Source of the DNA: Thermofilum pendens Hrk 5
Lineage (GTDB): Archaea; Thermoproteota; Thermoprotei; Thermofilales; Thermofilaceae
DNA: 31,504 bases
Reading direction: 5' to 3'
Assembly: GCF_000015225.1 (NCBI RefSeq)
Contig: NC_008696.1
Coordinates: 1-31,504, forward strand
Both the position numbers and the translations under genes were made by a program. Positions 13,810-22,081 of the stretch are shown piece by piece; within the stretch, counting starts at the first letter, position 1, and each line of letters begins with the position of its first letter. The notes below the pieces were generated by a model. It did no database searches. It was not told the DNA's origin and saw only the letters and a list, made by a program, of their open reading frames with translations.

Positions 13810-14255
13810 CTAGAAAACCCCGCTCCCAGATAGTCTGCCCCCGTTGCGGTGCACCGGGTAGCATCGAGCGTTTCTACAGCAACGGGAGGGCGTACCTCAG
13901 GGTCAGGCACAGCTTGGGCGGAGGGAAGAGGTCTTACTGCTACATAGGCCCCGCGGACAGCTACGTACACGTGGAGCTGTTGCACGCCTTGACGCTCACC
14001 AACCTAGTAAACACAGACCCGGCTCAGGTAGCGGAGAGGGCTTTGGAGGAGCTGATAAGCTCCGCTAGGTTCGTCCACGGTAAGAAGGACTTGGAGGGCT
14101 GGGTAGCCCGGGCTAAGCTCGCGGTAGACGCCGTTGAAATCGCGTTGGAGAAGCTTAAACGGGTCTTGGAGGAAAAGGAGGCTGAGCTGGAGGCGCTTAG
14201 AAGGGAGGAGGAGAGGGAGCTGTTGAGGCAGAACGGTTTACTCGTGTACAAGTAA
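13806..14255 (+). CDS. N-terminal zinc-ribbon plus C-terminal coiled-coil protein (149 aa)
   Basis: Contains CPRCG...CYIG, then a Glu/Leu/Lys-rich helix. The GTG start lies inside imperfect palindrome 13794-13809 and ~24 nt after promoter motif 13764-13782 (leaderless). Confidence 0.65.
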   Translation: MARKPRSQIVCPRCGAPGSIERFYSNGRAYLRVRHSLGGGKRSYCYIGPADSYVHVELLHALTLTNLVNTDPAQVAERALEELISSARFVHGKKDLEGWVARAKLAVDAVEIALEKLKRVLEEKEAELEALRREEERELLRQNGLLVYK

Positions 14256-14270
14256 AACGATAAGTTTTTT
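14254..14270 (+). promoter_or_regulatory. Plus-strand promoter/terminator motif AAAACGATAAGTTTTTT
   Basis: Begins within the stop codon of 13806..14255 and ends 34 nt before ATG 14305. Confidence 0.6.
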
Positions 14271-14304
14271 AACCCCCTCTTTTTCCAATTTTCGTGGTGA
14301 AACC

Positions 14305-14574
14305 ATGAGCATAAGAGAAAACGTCGTTATAAAGGTACGACGTCTAAAGGATTTCGTCGAGCACACTAGCAGGGCTGACCGCGTCTTCTACTACTCTAGG
14401 GGCACCTACTACGTGGCGATTGCAGGGAGTATGATTTGGGCGGGGGACATAGGCGTTGAGCCCGAGGACGTCAGGAAGGAGTTCCTCAAGGTCTTGAACG
14501 TTAAAGGCGTGGAGGTGGAGGACATACTCAAGCCCTACGAGGTTCCGGACTACCTCAAGAGCCTCATGGAGTGA
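14305..14574 (+). CDS. Hypothetical protein (89 aa)
   Basis: Promoter motif at 14254-14270, and GGTGA lies 5 nt before the ATG. Confidence 0.65.
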   Translation: MSIRENVVIKVRRLKDFVEHTSRADRVFYYSRGTYYVAIAGSMIWAGDIGVEPEDVRKEFLKVLNVKGVEVEDILKPYEVPDYLKSLME

Positions 14575-14876
14575 GGGGCATGCGCGCCAAGGACTTCCTA
14601 GTCGAGGAGGTAAGGGAGTGGCTGGCCGAGTACCTTGCAAGGCATCAGGGGGGCATAGCCACCGTGCTGGCTAGGTACGCGGCTAGAGACCTGCGCCGAT
14701 ACCACCCCGTAGCCGTCAGCCTAGCGATAACGCAGGTGAAGATGGTCACGGACAAGCTGGGGAGGGTCTGGGTCTTGGACGACAAGCTTACTAGGTATGC
14801 GAAGGTAAGGAAGTACGTTTACAGGCGGGAGAACGGCGGAGTGGGTGAGGTGGTACGCGAGTACTATGCGAATTGA
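14571..14876 (+). CDS. Hypothetical basic protein (101 aa)
   Basis: GTGA overlap with the upstream gene. An alternative ATG is at 14580. Confidence 0.6.
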   Translation: MRGMRAKDFLVEEVREWLAEYLARHQGGIATVLARYAARDLRRYHPVAVSLAITQVKMVTDKLGRVWVLDDKLTRYAKVRKYVYRRENGGVGEVVREYYAN

Positions 14877-15067
14877 TAGACGTCTTGGCTTTCGGCTTAG
14901 CCGCGCTCTTCGTCCTAGCGTGGTTCGTCTACACGGTGAGGCTGGCGGTCAAGCCCAGCCTTTTATTCCCCTTCGAATTCGTCGTCTCCGTCTTCTTCCT
15001 CCTCTTCTTCCTAGCCCTGCTCCTAGCGGTGCACGAGGCGGTGAAGGAGTCGTGCAGAGAGAGGTGA
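14873..15067 (+). CDS. Small membrane protein (64 aa, 2 TM helices)
   Basis: TTGA overlap with the upstream gene. Product is strongly hydrophobic. Confidence 0.55.
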   Translation: MIDVLAFGLAALFVLAWFVYTVRLAVKPSLLFPFEFVVSVFFLLFFLALLLAVHEAVKESCRER

Positions 15068-15402
15068 AGCTCTGCCTAGCCCTAGCGGGTCTCAGCAGGG
15101 TAGCCGACATGGCTACAACCCTGCCGATACTCCAGAAGTACGGGCTACAGGGGGAGCTGAACCCCGTGGCTCGGGCGTTTTTCGGCATGGGCGTAACCGG
15201 CATAGCCTTCGCCTTGGTCGCCGGCACCGTTCTAAGCGTCTTTCTCGCGTGGGTCAACTGGAGGAGGGGCGGGAAGAAGTACCTCTACCTGTTCACCGCT
15301 TTCCTCTGGATACCCTTCTTCAACAACATTGTCGCATACTTTAACGCCCGCAACTATACACTCGTGGACTTTCTTTTCCTAGCCCTCCGACCTCTACCTT
15401 AA
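15052..15402 (+). CDS. DUF5658-like membrane protein (~116 aa)
   Basis: SRVADMATT...GELNPVARAFF followed by TM helices matches the D..T / E.NP pattern of that family. I chose GTG 15052; the 14845 track start gives an Arg/Pro-rich extension. Confidence 0.55.
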   Translation: MQREVKLCLALAGLSRVADMATTLPILQKYGLQGELNPVARAFFGMGVTGIAFALVAGTVLSVFLAWVNWRRGGKKYLYLFTAFLWIPFFNNIVAYFNARNYTLVDFLFLALRPLP

Positions 15403-15416
15403 AATAGGGGTTTTTT
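15401..15416 (+). promoter_or_regulatory. Plus-strand promoter/terminator motif variant AAAATAGGGGTTTTTT
   Basis: Overlaps the stop of 15052..15402 and lies 15-21 nt before ATG 15432/15438. Confidence 0.5.
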
Positions 15417-15431
15417 CTCCCCTTTTTCTCG

Positions 15432-17306
15432 ATGGGCATGAAAAGGTACATACCCCTGTTACTGCTACTGGTAACGGTAGCCTTGGGCATCGCCACCGTA
15501 AAGGCGGCTCCCGTCACGACTTACACGGTCTTCGTCAACTACACCATGTACACGGGCACCGCTCCAGCCGCGGGTAGCACCTACTGGTTCAACTTCACAA
15601 TCACTCCAAGCCTCGACGTCGTCATCGTGACGGTAGAGGACTTGGGAGGCGCTAGCCAGAGGACGGTCTACGTGGACAACGTGGCTGTAACCCTGCCCTA
15701 CAAGCTGAAGGCTGGAGAGACCCACAGGGTAGCCGTCAAGGTCTACTTCCCGAGCGCGCTGACTGTAGCGTGGTTCGGCAAGACGATACTCGCCTACAAC
15801 AGGACTGAGGACGTAAACCTGCAGGTAAAGTACGTGGGCTACGGCTTCGACTCCGTGTCCTACGGGAGCTACGTGGGTAGCGTGGACAACGTGGCAACGC
15901 TGACCGTCAAGCTGGACACGCCTTACACCATGGGGGTCACACACACGTTCAGCTCTGTGTCCACGGTCGTCTGGCTCAGGTTCCACCCGGCGATGCCGAT
16001 TAAGGGCTACACGGGCACCGCCTACTACACCACGACCTTCAACGCCTACACGATTGGAAGCCAGCCCGCGGGCACCGATAGCTACACCATCTCCAACAAC
16101 CCGGTAACCGTCACGGTTGACTGTCCACCGCCAGTAGGGCTCTACGAGCTTGTCTGGTACGTGAGCTGGGGAGGCTTGACGGAGAAGATGCTCGGGGCGC
16201 CGGGCACCCCCACCCCCAACAAGAACTACGCTAGGCTGGTCGGCGCCACGTTTACTTGGAAGTTCACCCCCAACGCCACGTACTTCCCCACGACCAAGGT
16301 TGACGAGTACCTCTTGGTGAACGGTAGCAAGGCTTCGAGCCTCGCGCTGAGCAAGAAGGGGCTCTACAACGCCACCTTCGTCAACATCGGAAAGATGAAC
16401 ACCACGTTCTACGGAGTGCTGGCATACCTGCCCCCCGTGGTCAGGGCGGGTACCATGTACGTCTACGCCGCGGAGCTTAAGGTCAACGTGCTCTCTCAGG
16501 TAGGCACGGTGGGAGCCCCGAGCCCCGGCTTCACTCTCAGCTTAGCCGGCGCGAACGCTCCCGGCTACTTCGCGCTTCAGGTCAAGGTGCCCGAGGGAGT
16601 CGTCACGGTCGAAAAGGCTGAGGGAGTGGCGTGGAACAGGACTGTGCTCCCCGGCATAGCCAAGGACGTCAAGACGAGCCTCGACGCCGATAAGCTGGTC
16701 TACACCGTGAACTACACGTACACGCTGTACTACGCGCCTATAGTGGGAGGCGTCAACTTCCTAGGCGCGTGGGGCATAGAGGAGACTCCGAGCCTTACGC
16801 CGACGAGCCCGACTATAGCCACTCTGACTGCCAGCAAGCCAGTGGTGCTCAACGCTACTAGAAACGTGATAAGGGTCTTGGACTCCGCGGGCAACGACGT
16901 CAGCTTCGTCGGGAAAGCCATAGCGATAAAGAGTAGCGGCACCTACACCGTCAAGCTTGAGACCGTGATAAAGGTCGTCAACCTCTACCAAGGCAAGAAG
17001 ATACCCGCCACGGTCAGGCTCTACGACGCTAAGGGCTTGCGCCTAGCGGAGAAGACCGGGGAGGAGGTAACGTTCACGGTTGAGCCCGGACTGCTCTACA
17101 CGGTCGAATCGGACAACGGTAACGAGGTGCTGACTCAGCGCGTCACGCCTACACAGGACGTCGATGTAACAATGGAGTTCACGAAGCCTCCCGCCGTGGT
17201 AATTCCGTGGGAGTGGGTGTGGCTAGCGCTGGCCATAGTGTTCCTAGTGGTTCTGATATACTTCGCTAAGAGGCTCAAGGAGGGTCTAGAGATAGTAGTG
17301 GGGTAA
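15432..17306 (+). CDS. Large secreted Thr/Val/Tyr-rich protein with signal peptide and C-terminal TM anchor (624 aa); candidate virion fibre/adhesin glycoprotein
   Basis: Motif AAAATAGGGGTTTTTT (15401-16) lies just upstream. It has a signal-like N-terminus, about ten N-x-S/T sequons, and a C-terminal helix plus KRLKEG. Confidence 0.8.
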   Translation: MGMKRYIPLLLLLVTVALGIATVKAAPVTTYTVFVNYTMYTGTAPAAGSTYWFNFTITPSLDVVIVTVEDLGGASQRTVYVDNVAVTLPYKLKAGETHRVAVKVYFPSALTVAWFGKTILAYNRTEDVNLQVKYVGYGFDSVSYGSYVGSVDNVATLTVKLDTPYTMGVTHTFSSVSTVVWLRFHPAMPIKGYTGTAYYTTTFNAYTIGSQPAGTDSYTISNNPVTVTVDCPPPVGLYELVWYVSWGGLTEKMLGAPGTPTPNKNYARLVGATFTWKFTPNATYFPTTKVDEYLLVNGSKASSLALSKKGLYNATFVNIGKMNTTFYGVLAYLPPVVRAGTMYVYAAELKVNVLSQVGTVGAPSPGFTLSLAGANAPGYFALQVKVPEGVVTVEKAEGVAWNRTVLPGIAKDVKTSLDADKLVYTVNYTYTLYYAPIVGGVNFLGAWGIEETPSLTPTSPTIATLTASKPVVLNATRNVIRVLDSAGNDVSFVGKAIAIKSSGTYTVKLETVIKVVNLYQGKKIPATVRLYDAKGLRLAEKTGEEVTFTVEPGLLYTVESDNGNEVLTQRVTPTQDVDVTMEFTKPPAVVIPWEWVWLALAIVFLVVLIYFAKRLKEGLEIVVG

Positions 17307-17313
17307 GCCCCGT

Positions 17314-17331
17314 AAAACGATAGCTTTTTTT
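17314..17331 (+). promoter_or_regulatory. Plus-strand promoter/terminator motif AAAACGATAGCTTTTTTT
   Basis: Lies 7 nt after the stop of 15432..17306 and 24 nt before ATG 17355. Confidence 0.6.
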
Positions 17332-17354
17332 CTTTCTCTCTTCTTTTCAAGCAT

Positions 17355-17555
17355 ATGAGCTGGGATTGTGGAAGGTGCGAGGACGACACGCACGTCAGGA
17401 GCATGGAGGGGAGGGTGGGAGGGGGAGACGGCGCCGTGTGCTACCTGTGCGGTCTACCCGCATACGCCTACGTGGACGGTAAGCCCGTGTGCGTGTACCA
17501 CTACGCACAGCTCATCTCCAAGAAAAAGGTGGCGGCGGAGGTGAGGGCTAGGTGA
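17355..17555 (+). CDS. Zinc-finger small protein (66 aa; CxxC...CxxC...CxxH)
   Basis: ATG lies 24 nt after AAAACGATAGCTTTTTTT (17314-31), leaderless. Confidence 0.65.
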   Translation: MSWDCGRCEDDTHVRSMEGRVGGGDGAVCYLCGLPAYAYVDGKPVCVYHYAQLISKKKVAAEVRAR

Positions 17556-17845
17556 TGGAGCTGGCGGGGGTTGGGGCTGTAAGCGTGGTCTTGGGGTACG
17601 CGGTTAGAAAGGGGGTCAACTTCATACTGGGGCTTCTAGGCGTTTTCGTCGCCTTCCTCCTAGTCCTTCAGGCTCTGGGCTACGCGGTGGTGGACTGGGC
17701 TAAGCTGGTAAACGACGCCTACGGGCTCCTCGAATCCCTGCTATCCCAGCAGGACTTAGCCTCGAAGCTTGAACAGGTCTTACCCGGGGGACTGGTGGGC
17801 ATAGCCGGCTTCATGGTGGGCTGGAAGCTCGGGGGGAAGCTGTAA
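17552..17845 (+). CDS. Membrane protein (97 aa, 3 TM helices)
   Basis: GTGATG overlap with the upstream stop. Product is hydrophobic. Confidence 0.65.
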   Translation: MMELAGVGAVSVVLGYAVRKGVNFILGLLGVFVAFLLVLQALGYAVVDWAKLVNDAYGLLESLLSQQDLASKLEQVLPGGLVGIAGFMVGWKLGGKL

Positions 17846-17858
17846 AGAGGGGGGCTAA

Positions 17859-18299
17859 ATGGAGGCTGAGGACTTCCTAGCCGTAGCCTTCGTTCTAGCG
17901 CTAGCCACAGCCCTAGCCCTCGGGCTGTTCACGGAGGGGGTAAAGGCTGTCAGCCCGGCGTGGGCTGGGGGAAGTAGCGGAGGGGGAGGAGGGGGGTCTC
18001 AGGTTAGCCTAGGCGTCGTAGAGCTGGAGGTAGAGGGGTACGCGCCGAGGAGCGCTATACCCCCCGGGGTTCTTTTATCCGCTAAGCCCCTAAACGTTGT
18101 CAACGCTACCTGCAGGTGCCCCGAAGACCCGGAGACGTTCAAGGGCGGGGTAAAGTGTATATGCTGGGTCACGGTCAAGGAGGGGTGCTACCCCCTGTAT
18201 CCCACCCTGTGCGCTAGGACTAACGTGGTGTGCACGGGTAAAAAGTACAGGGTCTGGTGGGTATCGGGGGGCTGGGTCATCCCCACCACGGGGGGCTAG
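17859..18299 (+). CDS. N-terminally anchored/secreted Cys-rich protein (146 aa) with a Gly-rich linker
   Basis: Hydrophobic N-terminus, GGSSGGGGGGS linker, then 8 Cys in the C-terminal domain. Confidence 0.65.
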   Translation: MEAEDFLAVAFVLALATALALGLFTEGVKAVSPAWAGGSSGGGGGGSQVSLGVVELEVEGYAPRSAIPPGVLLSAKPLNVVNATCRCPEDPETFKGGVKCICWVTVKEGCYPLYPTLCARTNVVCTGKKYRVWWVSGGWVIPTTGG

Positions 18300-18300
18300 A

Positions 18301-18462
18301 ATGGAGGGGTTTAGGCGGGAGCTGAAGGAGAGGGCTTTGAGGGCTCTACGGGAGGGGGTAAAAGGGGTGGACTTGGAGAGGGCTCTGAGAGAATTCGAGG
18401 AGACTAGGAGCGAGGTGTGGAGGGAGCTGGAGAAAAAGTATAGGGAGAGGGGGCTAATCTAG
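18301..18462 (+). CDS. Small coiled-coil protein (53 aa), below the ORF-track cutoff
   Basis: My own translation: MEGFRRELKERALRALREGVKGVDLERALREFEETRSEVWRELEKKYRERGLI. The ATG lies 1 nt after the upstream stop. Confidence 0.45.
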   Translation: MEGFRRELKERALRALREGVKGVDLERALREFEETRSEVWRELEKKYRERGLI

Positions 18463-18707
18463 CCCAGCTCTACCTCCAGCTCGAAGTCCTCGCGTATCTC
18501 TTTCACTAGGCGCTTGGCGGCTCTCTCGCTCGCCGCTCTACCTATCTTCTCCAGCTCTCTCTCGAGGTGCACCCAGTCCTCCGAGAGCGCTAGGGTGCTC
18601 AGGAGGGGGTAATCCCAGAACTCGGCTACTTCCTCTCTCCAGTAGTCGCTGAAGTAGGAGGAATCGGCTAGGTACCTGTCCACTACCTCCTTTCTCCGCT
18701 CGCTCAT
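18459..18707 (-). CDS. Hypothetical acidic protein (82 aa)
   Basis: I start it at the ATG at 18707 (MSERRKEVV...), ~30 nt downstream of ATATTTTAAAG (minus strand). The track start at 18881 would run through a repeat arm. Confidence 0.55.
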   Translation of the reverse strand: MSERRKEVVDRYLADSSYFSDYWREEVAEFWDYPLLSTLALSEDWVHLERELEKIGRAASERAAKRLVKEIREDFELEVELG

Positions 18708-18743
18708 CGAGGGGTATAGAGGGGGAGGGGGCTTTAAAATATT

Positions 18744-18841
18744 CCTCGGGAAAAGCCCCGAGAATATGAGGGGTCTACCTCCCTCGTTTTCGCCGTTTCT
18801 GTGGGGCTCGGGGTATAGCCCAAAAGCCCCGTAAGAGGGGG
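18744..18841 (+). repeat. Inverted-repeat arm A (98 nt)
   Basis: Its reverse complement aligns with 22994-23091. The first 28 nt are identical, the next ~27 nt carry 2 mismatches, the middle diverges, and the last ~18 nt match again. Confidence 0.8.
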
Positions 18842-18875
18842 CTAGCCCTCGGACCGAGGGGTGGGGGCTGAATAG

Positions 18876-18891
18876 CCACAAAATTTTGTGG
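18876..18891. promoter_or_regulatory. Palindrome box copy (perfect)
   Basis: Abuts the stop of 18892..19323 and lies just outside repeat arm A. Confidence 0.9.
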
Positions 18892-19323
18892 CTAAATCGC
18901 GGCTAAAGCGTGCTCTACCTTCGCGATTGCTTCGAGGGCCCGGGCGTCCCTGCTCATCCTCCCCTCGACGGCTAGCTCCCTCAGCACTCTTACGTCTTTC
19001 CACGTGTAGGGGTACCTAGACTTGTAGACGTTGAGCAATCTGACTAGGTCGGCGTACTCCCTTCTGCACAGGGCTATCAGGCGGGCTAGGCTCTCCCATT
19101 CATGCGCGCTCAGCCTAGCCCTCTTAGTCTTTTTTCCTCCCCATTCGACCACTACGTAGCCCCCTATCCTCTCAGCCTCCCTTATGTCCTCTACAGCCCT
19201 AGCCGGGATTCCTAGGGCTAAAAGGCTCCTCGCCAAACACTCCGCGGGGTTGTCCGTGCACTCGAATGGTCTAAGCCTCTCGTATACCGCTCGGTAAAGG
19301 GACTCAATCCTAGCCCTGCTCAC
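18892..19323 (-). CDS. Hypothetical protein (143 aa)
   Basis: ORF with a GTG start. Its stop codon abuts palindrome 18876-18891. Confidence 0.6.
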   Translation of the reverse strand: MSRARIESLYRAVYERLRPFECTDNPAECLARSLLALGIPARAVEDIREAERIGGYVVVEWGGKKTKRARLSAHEWESLARLIALCRREYADLVRLLNVYKSRYPYTWKDVRVLRELAVEGRMSRDARALEAIAKVEHALAAI

Positions 19324-19361
19324 GGGGGGATAAGGGAAAAACAGGGATAAAAAGCCACTTT

Positions 19362-19532
19362 TCAGTACTCCCTAACATCGGCTAGGAAGTCTCGGACTAA
19401 CTGCTTTACCTCGGGGTCTTGTAGCAATTCCTCTATAGCCTCTCTAAGAGCCTCCTTTATAGCCTCCTTCACGGTGTCCTTAAGCTCTTTTCTTAGCTCT
19501 TGTAGCTCCTTTATTACCGCTAGCTCTAACAT
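19362..19532 (-). CDS. Small coiled-coil protein (56 aa), below the ORF-track cutoff
   Basis: My own translation: MLELAVIKELQELRKELKDTVKEAIKEALREAIEELLQDPEVKQLVRDFLADVREY. GCTTATATCC lies ~30 nt upstream. Confidence 0.4.
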   Translation of the reverse strand: MLELAVIKELQELRKELKDTVKEAIKEALREAIEELLQDPEVKQLVRDFLADVREY

Positions 19533-19650
19533 TGCTTATTCGATGGCTATACGCCTTAGGGGGATATAAGCCCATCGTTTAAGCCTACAGGCCCTAAAAC
19601 GAAAAAGCCCCGAGGAAAAAGCCGAGAGAAAAAAGCGAGGAAAAAAGGGC

Positions 19651-19749
19651 TTAATTCTTCTGGGGCTGGGGGCTGAGGTACTCAGTCAGAGTCCTCTGGT
19701 CTAGGTAGACGTTTATCGGCACCTGTTTCTTCGGGATTTTCCTCGGCAT
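19651..19749 (-). CDS. Possible 32-aa peptide resembling the N-terminal strand-helix of an RHH protein
   Basis: MPRKIPKKQVPINVYLDQRTLTEYLSPQPQKN lies downstream of type-B promoter block 19774-19824. Its N-terminus resembles that of 6813..7586 (MPRPKK...VVPLVL). Confidence 0.3.
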   Translation of the reverse strand: MPRKIPKKQVPINVYLDQRTLTEYLSPQPQKN

Positions 19750-19773
19750 TTCTCGCCTCACCGAGGTATAGGT

Positions 19774-19824
19774 AAACGGGGTAGCTAATAAGGATTTCGT
19801 TTAACTTTTCACAGGGCTATACGT
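19774..19824 (-). promoter_or_regulatory. Type-B promoter block copy 1
   Basis: aaacggggtagctaataaggatttcgtttaacttttcacagggctatacgt. On the minus strand it reads ...AAACGAAATCCTTATTAGCTACCCCGTTT. Confidence 0.7.
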
Positions 19825-19827
19825 TAG

Positions 19828-19843
19828 CCACAAAATTTTGTGG
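19828..19843. promoter_or_regulatory. Palindrome box copy (perfect; 24-bp palindrome TTAGCCACAAAATTTTGTGGCTAA at 19824-19847)
   Basis: Lies ~36 nt upstream of the TATA of type-B block 19774-19824. Confidence 0.9.
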
Positions 19844-19922
19844 CTAAAGCCCCGAGGAAAAAAGCGAGGAAAAATCTAGGGATAAAATCCTAGGAAAAGC
19901 CCCGGGAATAAGGGCAGTAGCC

Positions 19923-19978
19923 CCCCCTCATTTTCAACGATTCTGCGGGGCACGGGGTATAGCCCAAAAGCCCCTAGA
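19923..19978 (+). repeat. Partial direct copy (B) of arm A
   Basis: Shares GGGGTATAGCCCAAAAGCCCC (19954-19974 versus 18810-18830) plus flanking similarity. Confidence 0.7.
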
Positions 19979-19985
19979 AAAAGGG

Positions 19986-20183
19986 CTATTTCCTGGGCTT
20001 CCTAGCCTCTATGTAGACTCTCACGCCTCTCCTCATTTTCCTAGCCGTGTACGGTCTACTCCTGCGCACCTGTAGCCCCATCCTTATGAGTAGCTCTTCG
20101 ACTGCGCTCACTATCAGCCTGTATTCCTCCTCGCTTATCCTTTCCTTGTCCGCGATAATCCTGATTTGCACGTCTCCCCTCAC
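19986..20183 (-). CDS. Small basic protein (65 aa) translationally coupled to the helicase
   Basis: GTGA overlap with the helicase stop. Confidence 0.6.
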   Translation of the reverse strand: MRGDVQIRIIADKERISEEEYRLIVSAVEELLIRMGLQVRRSRPYTARKMRRGVRVYIEARKPRK

Positions 20184-22081
20184 TGCAATCCCCTCCTCGC
20201 GAATATCGCCTTTAGCTTGTGAAACGCCGTCTCCTCGTGCGTGTAAGCCACGTAGACGTAGAACAGCGTGGCTTTCGTCTTTCCAGGCGCCGGTCTCAAT
20301 AGCCTCCCTGCTCTCTGTATGAGCTGTCTGTCAGTCGTACCGCTCGCTAGCATTACGCCTACGCTTACCTCGGGTACGTCTACTCCCTCGTCTAGCACTC
20401 TGCACGTCACTAGTACTCTGAAGGTTGAGCCCCACTCTTTGAGTATCCTCGCGCGCTCGGTCTTAGGCGTCTTGCTGAGTATCGCTTTTCCTCCGAGTGT
20501 CTGGGCTAGCTTTAACGCCACGTCTTGGCTCTCAGTCCACACTAGTACTCTGTTGTGCTCCTGTGCTAGCCTGTTGATAAGCGCTAGCGCCGAGCTCCAC
20601 TTAACAGGGCTCCTCGCGGCTAGCTGTTTCCTTAAGTTTACCAGCTTCATCAAGTCCTTCTTCAAGTGTTTCTCCCCGTCCTCTATGCGCCTGCTTAGGC
20701 GCCTAATCTTCTCCTGTATCTCCTCGTACTGCTGGTAGAACTCCTGTGTCTCCGTCACTCTTATCCCCACTAGCTCGATTGGCACCATGTAGCCTTGCTC
20801 CTGTAGCTCGCTCGGGCTTACCTCATAGCGCTTAGGTAGTAGCATGTCAAGCACCCACTGCTCTTCTGTGTCCTCGCGCTTGTGCGTCGCGCTAAAGCCA
20901 TAGATGTGCACGCCTAGCCTAGCCAGCCTCGCCAGAGTCCTCGCTAGCTCCCTAGCCCCTGCATGATGGCTTTCGTCAACTATCACTGCGAAAGGCGTGT
21001 AGCCCCGCTTAACCTCGCTCACGAAAGTGTTGTAGACCATTACCGTGATTAGCTCGCCTAGCCCTTGTCCTCGCCTGTTCACTCCCCCGTACTTCACGTT
21101 CACTCTGAGCCTCCACTCCCTCTCAAAGTGGCTAGCCCACTGCTCAGCCAGCACTTGCGTGGGCACGATAATAGCCGTGTCATAGCCCCATAGCGCTAGG
21201 TTCACGGCTAGCGTGCTACCGATAAGCGTCTTTCCGCCGCCTGTGGGGATTTGCACGGCGCCGTGCGCGCTGAGTAGCCATCTAAGCGCTATCCTCTGGT
21301 AGTCGCGCATTTTCTTCGGCACGACAATTTTAGCCACGCGTATTTTCCTAATGCGCTCGCTTAAAACTCTAGCCGTGTAGTCTCTCTCGGTTAGCCCCTG
21401 CTCCCTTAAAAGTTCTTTGAGCCTTTCCTCGTCGCCTGCTAGGTCGGCTAGCAGTTCATAGCCCCATATCGACGTGTCCACGCCTAGGATTATCTGGGTG
21501 CTGGCTTCTTCCTCGGTTAGCTCTAGCTCGCTTATGGCTTGTGGGGCTAGGATTTGTCTCCAGTCTACGTACTGCTCTACGCCTAGCTTTTGGGCTAGCT
21601 CTGCGTATTTGTCTTTTAGGCGAGGATTCTGGGCTAGGATTTGCTTAGCTTCCTCGATTTCCTCGGGGCTAGCCTCGCCTAGCTCTACCTTGTCGGCTAA
21701 CACCGCGAGGCGGCTCTCAAGCCATGAATTGTACTGCGCTTCGACTTCCTCGGGGCTATTATTATCAGAATAATAAGCCCCGCCTAGCCATTTAGCGAGG
21801 ATTTTTTCGACGATAGCCAAATTCTCGCCTAGCGAAAGACTAGAATCTACGGCGTCGCATATGTCGTTGACGATTTCCTGTGTGTCTAGCCCTTTAGCCC
21901 TTATAAGGGCTAAGCGCGAGGCTATAGCCCTAGCTATTTCGAATTCAAGGCTAGGGGCTAAATCGCGGTTACGCCTTATGGCTAGGCGCAATCGCTCTAC
22001 CTCGCTATTGTAGGCGCTTAGAGGATTAGAGTCGGGGCTAACTTCTTTTCCTATAGCCCCCCACGCCTTTTTCTCTCGCAT
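20180..22081 (-). CDS. Superfamily-2 DExH helicase (633 aa; XPB/Rad25 or type III restriction res-subunit-like core) with a ~250-aa unknown helical N-terminal domain
   Basis: Motifs appear in order: I PTGGGKT, Ia IIVPTQ, II VIVDESHH, III FSAT, V TCRVLDEGVDVP, VI QRAGRLLR. TTTTAAGC lies ~26 nt upstream of the ATG. Confidence 0.9.
   Translation of the reverse strand: MREKKAWGAIGKEVSPDSNPLSAYNSEVERLRLAIRRNRDLAPSLEFEIARAIASRLALIRAKGLDTQEIVNDICDAVDSSLSLGENLAIVEKILAKWLGGAYYSDNNSPEEVEAQYNSWLESRLAVLADKVELGEASPEEIEEAKQILAQNPRLKDKYAELAQKLGVEQYVDWRQILAPQAISELELTEEEASTQIILGVDTSIWGYELLADLAGDEERLKELLREQGLTERDYTARVLSERIRKIRVAKIVVPKKMRDYQRIALRWLLSAHGAVQIPTGGGKTLIGSTLAVNLALWGYDTAIIVPTQVLAEQWASHFEREWRLRVNVKYGGVNRRGQGLGELITVMVYNTFVSEVKRGYTPFAVIVDESHHAGARELARTLARLARLGVHIYGFSATHKREDTEEQWVLDMLLPKRYEVSPSELQEQGYMVPIELVGIRVTETQEFYQQYEEIQEKIRRLSRRIEDGEKHLKKDLMKLVNLRKQLAARSPVKWSSALALINRLAQEHNRVLVWTESQDVALKLAQTLGGKAILSKTPKTERARILKEWGSTFRVLVTCRVLDEGVDVPEVSVGVMLASGTTDRQLIQRAGRLLRPAPGKTKATLFYVYVAYTHEETAFHKLKAIFARRGLQ

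Noticed and set aside
15465-15986. Long antisense ORFs inside the structural genes (15465..15986, 16730..16942, 16761..16991, 11667..11875, 13168..13755, 14344..14640, 14949..15257).
   Set aside because: They lie opposite well-supported genes with signal peptides or operon coupling. Their products are Arg/His/Gly/Pro-rich.
20047-21773. Plus-strand ORFs 20047..20322, 20268..20738 and 21474..21773, opposite the helicase operon.
   Set aside because: They are antisense to a gene with a complete, ordered SF2 motif set. Their products are Ser/Leu/Cys-rich.
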